The notes under the pieces are model-generated. The model did no database searches. It was not told the origin of the DNA and saw nothing but the letters and a program-made list of their open reading frames with translations. From the NCBI GenBank assembly GCA_054600435.1, contig BAAIJX010000032.1, forward strand, positions 62,001-126,000: a stretch of DNA of 64,000 bases, read 5' to 3'. This stretch comes from Neophaeotheca triangularis (lineage: Eukaryota). The position numbers were made by a program, and so were the translations under genes. Positions 10,216-21,906 of the stretch are shown piece after piece. Each line of letters opens with the position of its first letter. The first letter of the stretch is position 1.

Positions 10216-10687
10216 TCTCTCTCTCTCCGTCTATACGAGCACATCGATAGACACTAGTCTCTATTGTCGTTAAGGAAATGCTAGGTAGACTAAGGGAACT
10301 AGACAGCGTGACATGTTTGTATCTCCGCCCTTGGCCGTAGTAGGACGAACGAAACTACAAAGCTTCGTTAGAGCTAATCTTTCCTGAAAGAGAATGCGCA
10401 ATGTTACACTACTATCTATGACCTCTCCTCTATGCTAACATGAGCTCTTGAAGTACCATCGTATCGACTTATCATCGGCGTATAATCAATTCATTTAGTC
10501 GGCTAATGAGTGCGCGAAGGACGAGTTAGGTCTGTTTAGTGATGATGACCTCTCTACTTGCCTTAATAACACAGCTTATCAGGTCGGCAGTCGGCGCTTG
10601 AGAGCTCCGAAGGACAGTTTGGGACTTGTGGTCCAGCTTGACGACACGCGCTGCCATTGATGAAAGGACCTTGACACCAACCCACTC

Positions 10688-10716
10688 CCACCACCACCAC
10701 CACCACCACCACCACC
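10688..10716. repeat. (CCA)n microsatellite in the STT3 5' leader
   Basis: About 9 CCA units just upstream of ATG 10732. Confidence 0.9.
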
Positions 10717-10731
10717 CATTCCGCCGCCACT

Positions 10732-13271
10732 ATGGCTGCCGATACCAAATCCAAGAGCATCGGCGCTCCCTTTTTCGAGGGGGAGAGCGGACGAAACACC
10801 CGTGGTCTGCTACGCTTGATCATCTTGTGCACCATTGCTGGTGCTGCTGTAGCGAGCAGATTGTTCTCCGTTATCCGCTTCGAGAGTATTATCCACGAAT
10901 GTCGGTCATGCCCAATGCAATCACTACCAAGAATATGAACTGATGTGTTTGTTCAGTTGACCCCTGGTTCAACTTTCGAGCAACAAAATACCTGGTCAAC
11001 CATGGCTTCTACGACTTCTGGGATTGGTTCGACGACCGTACGTACACTCAATGGTTGTAAAGAGACAACGGAGGGAAAGACATACTAATACTGTGTCCCA
11101 CAGGAACATGGCATCCCCTTGGTCGCGTCACAGGAGGTACCCTCTACCCCGGCCTGATGGTCACCAGCGGTGTAATCTACCACGCCCTCCGATTCCTCAC
11201 CTTCCCCGTCGATATCCGCAACATTTGCGTACTTCTTGCGCCAGGCTTTTCCGGCTTCACCGCCGTAGCTTCCTACCTCTTTACCAGTGAGATGAGCGAC
11301 TCACCGAGCGCAGGTCTTCTCGCCGCAATCTTCATGGGCATCGCTCCCGGTTACATCAGCAGGTCTGTTGCTGGCAGCTACGACAACGAGGCGATTGCGA
11401 TCTTTTTGCTGGTCTTCACCTTCTACCTTTGGATCAAGAGCGTGAAAAATGGCAGTATGATGTGGGGTGCGCTCACGGCGCTCTTTTACGGCTACATGGT
11501 CAGCGCTTGGGGAGGTTACGTCTTCATTACGAACTTGCTGCCACTGCACGCTTTCGTGTTGATCTGCATGGGACGCTTCAGCCCGAGGCTGTACGTCAGC
11601 TACACGACGTGGTACGCACTGGGCACGTTAGCGAGCATGCAGATTCCTTTTGTTGGGTTCCTGCCAATCAGGAGTAGCGAGCACATGTCTGCCCTGGGTA
11701 TGTTGAAGTTCTTTCCGACTTGACCGAACGCAGCTACTAACACAGCTCAGGTGTCTTTGGGCTCATGCAGCTTGTCGGTTTCACGGAATATATCCGTGGC
11801 CAACTCCCCTCAAAGCAGTTCCAAACCTTGCTTTATGCCATGATTCTGACCGTGACCGGTGTGGCGTTCGGTGGGCTCGTCTTGCTCACTGTCTCTGGCA
11901 CTATCGCCCCCTGGACTGGTCGTTTCTACTCCCTATGGGACACCGGTTATGCCAAGATTCACATCCCAATCATTGCATCCGTCTCCGAGCACCAGCCAAC
12001 CGCCTGGCCAGCCTTCTTTTTCGACCTGAACATGCTGATTTGGTTGTTCCCAGCGGGCGTGTACATGTGCTTCCGCAGCTTGAAGGATGAGCAAGTCTTC
12101 ATCGTCATCTATGCCGTGCTCTCGTCCTACTTCGCCGGCGTCATGGTTCGCTTGATGCTGACCCTTACACCGGTTGTTTGTGTCTCTGCGGCTATCGCAC
12201 TGAGCCAAGTTCTCGACACTTTCCTTGTCGCCTCGACGCCGGACAGCGCCGCCGCCGAGGAGAACTCCAAAAAGTCTAATGGCAGCGCAAACGGCTCAAC
12301 AGACGTGCAGCAGAAGATCAAGGCTGTGATCCCGGACACCCTGCGCAGCACACGCACACCACTGGTCGGCATCTACTCGTACCTGTCCAAGTCCCTTATT
12401 GCTGGAGCCATCACATCCTACCTACTGCTGTTTGTGCTGCACTGCACATGGGTCACCAGTAACGCCTACAGCTCGCCTTCCGTGGTCTTGGCTTCACGCC
12501 TACCAGATGGCAGTCAACACATCATTGACGACTACCGTGAAGCATACTACTGGCTACGTCAAAACACCAAGCAAGACGCCAAGGTGATGTCGTGGTGGGA
12601 TTACGGCTACCAAATCGGTGGCATGGCAGACCGCCCAACTCTCGTTGACAACAACACCTGGAACAACACCCACATCGCCACTGTAGGCAAGGCCATGAGT
12701 AGCAGAGAGGAAGTCTCGTACCCAATCATGCGCCAGCACGAAGTCGACTACGTCCTTGTTGTCTTCGGTGGTCTCCTAGGATACAGCGGCGACGACATCA
12801 ACAAGTTCCTCTGGATGGTTCGTATCGCTGAAGGTAAGCACAACGAGATTTTCCGGCATCCCATCGATGAAAGAAGGATCCACTAACATTATAACTGCAG
12901 GCATCTGGCCCGATGAAGTCAAAGAGCGCAACTACTTCACCTCGCGCGGCGAGTATCGCGTGGATGACCAAGCCACCGAGACCATGCGCAACAGCCTCAT
13001 GTACAAGATGTCATACCACAACTACAACGCGCTTTTCCCGGCCGGCCAAGCCACCGACCGCGTCCGAGGCAGCCGCCTACCCGCCGAGGGCCCCGAGCTC
13101 AGCACTCTCGAGGAGGCTTTCACGAGCGAGAACTGGATCATCAGAATCTACAAGGTAAAGGACTTGGACAATTTGGGCCGGGAGCACGGCGCTGTTGCTG
13201 GCTTTGAGAAGGGGCAGAAGAAGAAGAAGGCGGGCAGGAGAAAGGGGGCGAGGGTTTTGAGGGTGGAGTAA
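10732..13271 (+). CDS. STT3: Oligosaccharyltransferase catalytic subunit STT3
   Basis: Exons 10732-10900, 10957-11037, 11104-11697, 11751-12833, 12901-13271 with GT-AG introns; motifs [45 protein letters not shown]. Confidence 0.98.
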
Positions 13272-13680
13272 GTGGTTGTTCAAAGAAATGAGGTAGATCG
13301 TTGTATCATAAGATGTCTAGCCTCTTAATGGGTTTGGTAACCGGTGGTTTTCAAGAGTGTTTGAACGCAATCCTAGTGAGCCGCCCAAGGAGTTCGTGCC
13401 GGATACTAGGCGAGTGGCCTTGTACTAACGTGGCGAATGATAGAGATCTATGGTCAACTTTATGTCACCTATGCCAGTAACAACGCCGCTCAATCGAAGA
13501 CTTGTAGGCCTTCTTCATCGCCTTCCCTTTTTCGCCTCCAGTAAACTTTTCAACAACTCGAAGCTCGACATCTGAACCCTTCTTCGTGCCGCTCACGAAC
13601 TACCCTACGTTCAATCCCTACTAAAAGGGCCTCCAGAGAGCCAGTCCACTGCTCAACGTTCAGCACAGCCCTAGGTCCAT

Positions 13681-14003
13681 CTCTGATTACTCAGGGCATA
13701 TCTCAACCTCGCCCACGAGGGCTGCCTATCAGCCACTTGAACCATTCGACGTCTAGTACCTCTGCAACCCCAACCTCTATCACCCTGGTCATACCTCAAC
13801 CTCGCCCGGTGAGGGCTGCCGTGAAGGCACTTTCCTACATTCAACCCTTGTGCAATCCCACTCTGATCATCCGGGCCATACCACCATGTCATCCGGGAGG
13901 GTCGCCTTTGATACACTTTAACCGCCTAACCCTTCCGCAATCCCACCTCAATTACTCAGGCTGCCGCAACCTCGTCCGGGAAATGTCTTCAAGGCATTTG
14001 GCC
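13681..14003. repeat. Four highly degenerate ~85-95 bp repeats, possibly part of a decayed gene
   Basis: Related units begin near 13681, 13775, 13861 and 13946 (CTCTGATTACTCAGGGCATATCTCAACCTCGCCC-like); on + they read PSLITQGISQPRP / PTSITLVIPQPRP / PTLIIRAIPPCHP. Confidence 0.45.
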
Positions 14004-15249
14004 TTTACTTTATCTGCACCAACTTTTCAACCTCCCTCCCCTCCCCTCAACATCTCGAACCTCATCACTGCTACGGATTCGAGTAATACTAACAGTCTTT
14101 GATGCACTCACTGCAAGATGCTGGGCTACAGGGCGGAGGAAAATCGAATTTACTAGATGTTTTATCGGCAGCGTTCGACTTTATTGGCCTATACAGACTC
14201 TCTGCCTTCGTTCGATACTACATCGATCAATCGAGGCCGTTCTCTTAGCGGCCTTGAATCGGAGTTTCCTTAAAACGTGCGATCATGCGACTCATTAACA
14301 AAGCGTGACTCGATGCAGATTCAATCGTTATGCAAGCCTTAGATTGGTCTTGATCTCGCCATCTGGAAAGGATCTACTAACTTCATTGAGAATCTTGCAT
14401 CTACGACGCGTTGAGCATTCTTCATCGGTCAGCTATGGTAGGGAAACCATCAAGGGTCACGGCCCGAGCGCCCTCTACAAGAGCCATTGAGTTTTACGTA
14501 TCTTTGAGGCCCTATCTTTCGACTCTCAGGGTACTGGAGACTCGGTACCACTACGCCTCCTTCGAAGACGCCTCGCATCACACCTACGCTCTCTCGCTAG
14601 ACCGTGAGTCTCGCTTCTTTGTCAAAGCAGGCCTAACCCGTATCACTCTTACGTCGCCATGGATCATTAAACGCGACAAGTAGCCGTGTGGTTACCAGGT
14701 CATCGGGGCTGTGCGCTGGCGAGCGAGCAGGTACTCGAACCCCGACTCTTCTCTCGGAGTGGGTGACTGTACTAATATGATCGAATTTGAAAGGCAAGCA
14801 TCGCAGCGCCGGGTCTTCAATTCTAGTCCGTGAGTGTTCTGGGCGCGAAAGCGCGATGAGATGATAAGTCAATCGCTCTTCGCGAAAGTATATCTTTGTG
14901 GTGGCGAAAGTTGCCGAGGACATAGTTCTCTGGTGCCACCGTGACTTGTTTAGAGATTTGATCGATTTTAGACAGTCGTGACTGCATGCATTCAATTCTA
15001 GAATTGAAACAAGTGCAGAAGAAAAACTTCCGTTGGAAGCCGATCTCGACAGTCTGTCCGTTTTCGGCCCATTACTAGCGCGAAGGGCATTGAGCCAATT
15101 GAAGTCGGAAGCTCTACCCCGGATTCCAGCTCCGCCAAGATTTCGACAACTTTCGCCTCCAACCTAAATCTCCAAAGTCTTCCTGATTCTCCCTCACTCA
15201 GTCATCCTTCCCTCACAAAAGAAGGACCAACCACGACAAATCCGCCGTC

Positions 15250-16092
15250 ATGCCTCAGAACGAGTACATCGAGCGCTTCCAAAAGCAACATGGCAAGCGC
15301 ATGGACCACGAAGAGCGGACCCGCAAGAAGGCCGCTCGTGAAAGCCACCATGCCAGCGAAAAGGCGCAAAATCTGCGTGGTCTGCGGGCCAAATTGCACC
15401 AGCAGAAGCGTCGCAAGGAGAAGATTCAGATGAAGAAGCAGATCCGCGCGCAGGAGCAAAAGAATGTCAAATCCTCGGAGCCCGCGCAACCCTCCAACAC
15501 GCCTTTGCCATCCTACTTGCTCGACCGTTCCAACACCACGAATGCGAAAGCGCTCAGTTCGGCGATTAAAAACAAGAGGGCGGAGAAGGCGGCCAAATTC
15601 TCGGTGCCTCTGCCCAAGGTCAAGGGGATTAGCGAGGAGGAGATGTTCAAGGTGGTCAAGACGGGCAAGAAGACTGCAAAGAAGAGCTGGAAGAGGATGA
15701 TCACGAAGCCGACGTTTGTCGGGCCTGATTTCACCAGGCGGCCGGTCAAATACGAGCGCTTCATCCGACCCATGGGTCTGCGTTACAAGAAGGCCAACGT
15801 GACGCACCCCGAGCTGGGTGTTACCGTGCAGCTACCGATCATTTCGGTCAAGAAGAACCCGCAAAACCCAATGTACACTCAGCTTGGTGTGCTTACCAAG
15901 GGTACGATTATTGAGGTCAACGTGAGCGAACTAGGAATGGTGACGGCTGGAGGCAAGGTAGTCTGGGGCAGATGGGCGCAAGTTACGAACAACTGTGAGA
16001 ACGACGGTTGTGTGAACGCGTAAGTCGAGTTATGCTCCTTCACTGATGAAAGAATTCGAACGCTAACACGGCCCAGGGTGCTGCTTGTTTGA
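15250..16092 (+). CDS. NSA2: 60S ribosome biogenesis protein Nsa2
   Basis: MPQNEYIE start, [55 protein letters not shown]; intron 16020-16076 then terminal AVLLV*. Confidence 0.98.
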
Positions 16093-19000
16093 GCAAATAT
16101 TTTCTGTTTACGATTTGTCTTCCATAGAGCAGAGCAGGTAGATAAGCCTGTAGCATAGCGATGGAGTTCGGACGGGACCACGACAGGCGTTGCTTGCAAG
16201 GGAAGATTAAGCTTCGCGAGGAATTTATTTCAGCGCTCTCGGGGTTTTCACATATATTGTAAAGCTCCAATGCCAAAAGTTGCTTGCACCGCATCCACAC
16301 CTCGGACGTGCCAGTATCTACGTCGGGCGATGCGACGTTTCGATGAAGAGACCGACCTTGGCAAGAGCACGACAGGTTTCTGGACGAGGAGTCAGAAGAG
16401 AATGGGCGCAGGAAGCAGAACCCGAACACCACAAAGCTCGCCTTCAGAGCGCTTAGGCGATAGGCCTACAACTAAGCATGCAAATGGGCGTGCTGAATAT
16501 AGCAGACATACTCCTATCATGTAAGCACACTGCGATTCGAAGATTCTCGAGCCGAGTATGAAATCTTTCTTGGACATAAACTCAGGTAGGAGGTTTGAAG
16601 GCAACGACAAGACAAGAAGCCAACCCTTTTAGTCGCGCTTTCCGCCGTCCAGCAAATTCGCTAACCAAAAGCAATCGGTTGGCTGAGAAGCTCCCATTTC
16701 AACAGACCTCTAACCCTCACCTTTGGGCAACAAGCCCGCCCATCAATCAAGCCATCACCTGCCATGGGTATCATTCATTTTTCGCCTCCTATTCCGACTG
16801 GCTCAGGTCTACTAAGAACAACATTTTACCCCAAGAGTCCATCACGCATGCCGATGGCCATGCCCATCAACCTAACCTAACTCTCGCGGCTGCAGCGCGA
16901 AACAACGCCACGTACAAAAGCAGCGCCGTTGCAGAGACAGCCAAAAGTCGCACAAGAGTCGTTCGGCTTGGGCTGCAATCATGTGTCGCCTACAAGACTG
17001 TGCGGTACATGCGTACACACTGTAACATACTAGGTACTAGTACTGTACACCTCTGCAGCCCGAAAGAGCGAGGGAAGCGGTCCTCATTCGGCAGCCTGTG
17101 GATCGCGAGGCTGTCGCGCACGTGGGACTGGTGATACTGTAGAGGAGGGGGAGGGGTGCAGGTTTGCTTTCCATTTGCTTTACTCGCTTGCTTTACTCGC
17201 TTGCTGCCCTGCTTTCCCTTGTTGTTATCGCTGCAGTATCTTTGATTCTTGCTTGCTTGCTTGCTTGCAGTCGCACCGCGAGGGTACCTAGGTACCCGGC
17301 CTCGGTAAGCAGAGTGTGTACGGGTGATTATTATTGTGTGAGGCGAGCGAGCGACGGGATCGAAGGGTCTGGCCTCTACAGCCTGTTGGGGTAACAGCAG
17401 CTGTTGCTGCATTCCGATGGTCTTCTGGGTATGAGAGTGGTCGTTGGTCAGGGGGGCCTCATTAGTTGGGCTCTCGTCGCTTTCCACCATTACCTCATTT
17501 GCAAGGCGAACACGGCTGGTAGCGACGGCACAGACTATTGTTGAGCCTCTCTCGCTTTCTCTTTGCCGTTCATTAACCGGACGTCAGGGTGGCCGGGACC
17601 ATCGCCGCGTGGCAGCGGCACGGTCAACGAGGGAAAGCTGACAGGCTGGTCGTACACGGATTGAAACAATTATTTGCCAGGCATGCAAAAAGGTCACGCT
17701 TCGGACGGTGCAACCTTCGTACAGCTCGAAAGGCAAAAGCAAATTGTGTTTCTGCCACAACATCTCATCATACTTGCGGTGAGCTGAATTGCAGCTGACG
17801 AACTTCCGGCCAAGTGTTTTACCCATCGACCCACGTCCAGGTTTTGAAGCAAAGAGGACGGGATCTGATAAGTTTGAAATAGAGTTGACGGGCGGTGGCC
17901 TACCGCTACTTTTGGCTTCTTCGACAGCCTATTCTAGGACCTGTCAATTAAGAGGGGCACCGCTATGCAGATCGTGGTGGAGGGTCATGGACCATGGTGG
18001 GGGACACGGGATCTGTCACGGTGGTGACGGCTCGGGCAGGCGGGTAGTAGTTGTATCATCAAACAACGACGAAGCGAGGCAGAGCCACAGCCAGTCTGCC
18101 TTTCCCTCTGATTCCTAAGCGAGGAGCACGACAGCAAGAGTCTAAGGTTAGGTAAAAGCTCGATGGCTTCAACTCCAGGTGAGTCAATCTCCCTTGAGGA
18201 TCAATCGGGGGAGATGCCAGCTTGCTCCAGGCATGATGATGTTGCTTTTTGGGCATAAATGAGACCGACCATGTCCTTTATTGAAGATGTATCATTGTAT
18301 CCGCCTGGCGCCATGATCCTTGTCAGCTCCCCCTCCAAGGTTCGGGCCATGGCTTGGGGCTCCCGCTTTCCCTCTATTATCTCTCACCAAATGCACCTAT
18401 CGGAACAGACAGTTTTGATGGGCAGGCAACTGACTGCGCGGGTGGTTAGACTGGCTCGCTCAAACCTACCAAACAACTGACCGACATTTGTAGACCTCAC
18501 CTCGAGAATCTACCTTGTTTTCCTGTAGTGAGTGCTTGCTCGATATGAGACTTTTGGGGTATCGCGCAAGTCGGGGCATCATGAGGTGTGTTTCCTTGAG
18601 ACAAGAGGCGTGATCGCTAGGTACTGTATCGTGTGTACCTTGGGCTCCCTCTACCACCAGTCCAGCATGCACTCGGCGGGACATCAAGAAGAAGAATAAT
18701 TGGACAGCTTGAGCGCTGCAGCAGTAGTCTCATGCATGCAAGCCCAATCTTCTGGTCGCGCGCCCTCTGCTTTGCTTGTCGGACTAGTATACTTACTACC
18801 TTGTAGGTACAGTAGGTATGTACATAGTATCTATCATGGCAGTGCCTGATGGAGAGATACTACTACTACTGTATCTACATACCTACTGTAGCCTTCCTAA
18901 AGCCTCCGGAATACTAGTACAGTACTTATCCCCAACCCCACTCGGGTGTGTCTTCCAGGCTTGAGGCTGTCTTTGGGCTTTAACTTAGTAGTCCAAGGAA

Positions 19001-19164
19001 GTCTTCAATCATTTTATTACCTTGGATCATTTACACCCCGAGACCTTGTTCCTTTCAACACCCGGCCTCGAAATAAAGCAAGCCACTCCCTGTCTTGCTA
19101 CTTTGCCACCGTCGTCGTGTTCATCTTTTTCCAAACACAGAGGAGCTCGACACACTACTACCGT

Positions 19165-19202
19165 ACTGACTGACTGACTGACTGACTGACTGATTGACTG
19201 AC
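19165..19202. repeat. (ACTG)n microsatellite
   Basis: About 9 ACTG units with one variant. Confidence 0.9.
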
Positions 19203-19658
19203 ACTTCCACTTCTTACCACCTCCACTTTTCTCCGCGTCCAACTCTGCGCGGACCGCTGCTGCCACTGCTCACACCCGGCTGCCCGCGTTCCTTGGTCCT
19301 TGGTCCGCCCTTGGTCCTCCGCTCCACTCCACGCTCCTCCTGCACCGAACGCCATATTTATTCGGACATTCACACGCCTTTAACAAACGCTCAGACTCCT
19401 GCCTGGTCTGGCCGAGGCTTTTGCGCCGAGAGTCGGTCACCATCGGTCGACGGTCACGAGCGAGTCTCGAGGCAAACGCCCGACCTGCCCATCGCATCTC
19501 GGCTGCCCGGCCAGGCTCTGATTGCACGCGCGGAAGCAGCCGCCGTCTACACCGCTCCCCCAAGCTCGCCAATCACCCTGCCTAGTACCTACTCTCACCA
19601 CACCGATACCCGCGCGTACACAAAGTTGCACCTCGCGCAGCAAAGCAAAACAACAACC

Positions 19659-21906
19659 ATGGCATATGCGCCTCCTCCTCCTCCTCCCCCTCCTCCTCGA
19701 TTTGGGTACCGCCAGCAAAGCATCTCTGATAACACCACGTCGCTCGACTCCAAACGCCAACCTCAACCCGCTTACTTCGAACCCGACTCTGCCGTATTAG
19801 ACCCGGCCATATTGGATGCTGACATCATGCAATCTCCAAACAACAACACTAACTTCCGCAAGGACTCTTTTGCCAACAGCAATGGAGTCCTGTCCCCGCC
19901 GGTCGAGAGTCAGCCCTGGAATCACCAATACGGGACAGGTTTGCCCCTGGACCCAACGGCCGTTGGAGCCGCAAATCCGTACGCACATGGCGAGAATCAC
20001 GGGCTCGTGAGGCCGAGCTCTTCGCTGCCTCCAGGACCCTATGCCCAGCAACAACAACAGCAGCAGCAGCAGCATCACCATCATCATCATCATCATTCGG
20101 GGCAGCAGCAAAGCTGGACTTTTGATCATCCTTCAGGCCACTGCACGCCTAGTACGGATGCACAATTCATGCCACCTCCACCACAACAATTCGAAGCGCC
20201 ACCATTTGACCATCGGCGAGCAGATAGCGCACATGGAAATTTCAGTCATGGCCCACCAGTGGCGCAATTTGTCGGTTCTCACGCAGAGAACGGCTTTATC
20301 CCCGCGCCACAGGTCCAGACTCCCATGTCGCCGCATTCTCACCAGGACTACATGGCCCTGGCGCATCAGGAGATGCTGGACAGGCCGATGCCGAAGCGAA
20401 TGAGGCCCAATAGCCCTTCGCAGACGTTTATCGGATTGGATCGAAGAGACGGCATTCGAAAAAAGAACGGCCGCATCGACATCCCCCAGGAGCGCAATAT
20501 TCACACGATTGACCAACTGATCGAGAGAACTACTGATGAAGATGCCCTGAGGGAGTTGAAGCAGCAGAAGAGGCTACTGAGGAATCGGGAAGCTGCGTAA
20601 GTATTTTCCCTACTGGCTCAAATCAGACATGGCTAACATTGGCAGTCTTGCGTCGAGACAACGGAAGAAGAAGCACACTGAAGACCTCGAGATCAAGGAA
20701 AAGGGATTTGCAACTCAGATCAATATGCTTGAGAAGGATCTTGCAAATTTGACCATCGAGCGGAACCAAATCGATCACGATTACCAGCTTCTCTACCACA
20801 AGCATCAAGAAGCGCAACGAACAATCGAAGTCATGCACGATGAGAAACGAGACTTGGTGATGAAGCACACCGAGGAGACCTCCAGTCTGCGCAAAAAGAT
20901 TCAAGTACTCTCTGATCAGCTAGATGCTGGTCCAGCACCCGCCATGTCAGCTGCTCCGAGCAGTACGGGCTTCACAGACTTTAACGCTGAAATGGAAGCT
21001 CTCAATATGGGCCCCCACGACTGGGACAACTTCATCTTCGTCAACGACTTGCAGAATGACTCGCCTCACGACTTTAGCTTCGATCCTCATTCAGAACCGA
21101 TCAAGCAAAGTCCAGCTTTGGAGAAGAAGACATCGAGTGCTACCGTGGTGCCAATTTGCACAAGCAAAAAGACCGACAACGCTACTGACCAACCTATCGC
21201 TTCTGGCTTGCTCTTCATGCTCCTCCTCTGCGGTGCATGGATGGCCTCCAAACCCATCAGTTCCGTACCCGCGGACTTGCCGCAAATGCCACCAGATGTA
21301 CGCGCCGCAGCACCAGCTGTCCTCAACAATCTTCTCTCCGAAGCAGGAGCCTCATCAGCAAACCAACGTCAACACCATCAACAACAGCATCCATCCCGCA
21401 GCGCAGGCTTCGCAGACCAAGAACCGACACTCTCCCACCCTCTCCCCACGCACTCTCGAGCAAACACCAACCGCATGGACCACATGCACTCGCGCCTTAC
21501 TGCCCAAACCCGACAACAAAAAATCGACGACGCCTTCAGCCTGACGCCTGCCCAGTACGCCTCGCTGACCGACACCTCCTACCCGCAGCAGCAACACTAC
21601 GATACTGGCAGCGGTGTCGAGCCTGCGGCATCCTCGCGGCCGCAGAGACGCAGCCTCGCTGAAGCTATCATGGCGGAGAATCAACACGGATCCGGGGCCG
21701 GGTCGGAGCAACAGCACAAGAGCAAAGCCGAGGTTTACACGCGCAGTTTGCTGTGGGATCAGATCCCGGAGCACGTAGTCAAGCAATTTAGGGAGTTGGT
21801 CAGGGATCGGGAGCAGTTGGAGGCGCGGCAACAACAGCAGCAACAGCCGCAAAGACACGTTCAGGGTCATGTGCCTGGCTTCAGCGGGTATAAGATTGAG
21901 TCGTAG
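19659..21906 (+). CDS. bZIP transcription factor with a downstream hydrophobic segment
   Basis: ATG 19659; intron 20597-20645 joins KRLLRNREA-ALASRQRKKKHTEDLE (basic region) followed by a heptad coiled coil; later ASGLLFMLLLCGAWMAS. Confidence 0.92.

Larger units (their letters stand above)
1..10566. mobile_element. RIP-degraded repeat block, probably the right-hand part of a large gene-carrying mobile element (left end outside the window)
   Basis: Strong TpA excess and CpA/TpG depletion; no intact long ORF, but long frames interrupted almost only by TAA/TAG; an internal duplication differs almost only by transitions; composition normalises at ~10,570. No RT, integrase, DDE or tyrosine-recombinase motifs recognised. 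Confidence 0.75.

Noticed and set aside
6533..10560. Shared 11-mer CTCTCTACTTG at 6533 and 10550
   Set aside because: Too short, and one copy lies inside a coding relic; compatible with chance.
1..10566. LTR/LINE retrotransposon or Starship DUF3435 captain
   Set aside because: No YxDD, RNase H, integrase, gag knuckle, LTR pair or tyrosine-recombinase motif recognised in the frames I restored; such a gene outside the window cannot be excluded.
16200..19150. Many short track ORFs upstream of the bZIP gene
   Set aside because: No recognisable domains or consistent splice structure; likely a long regulatory region.
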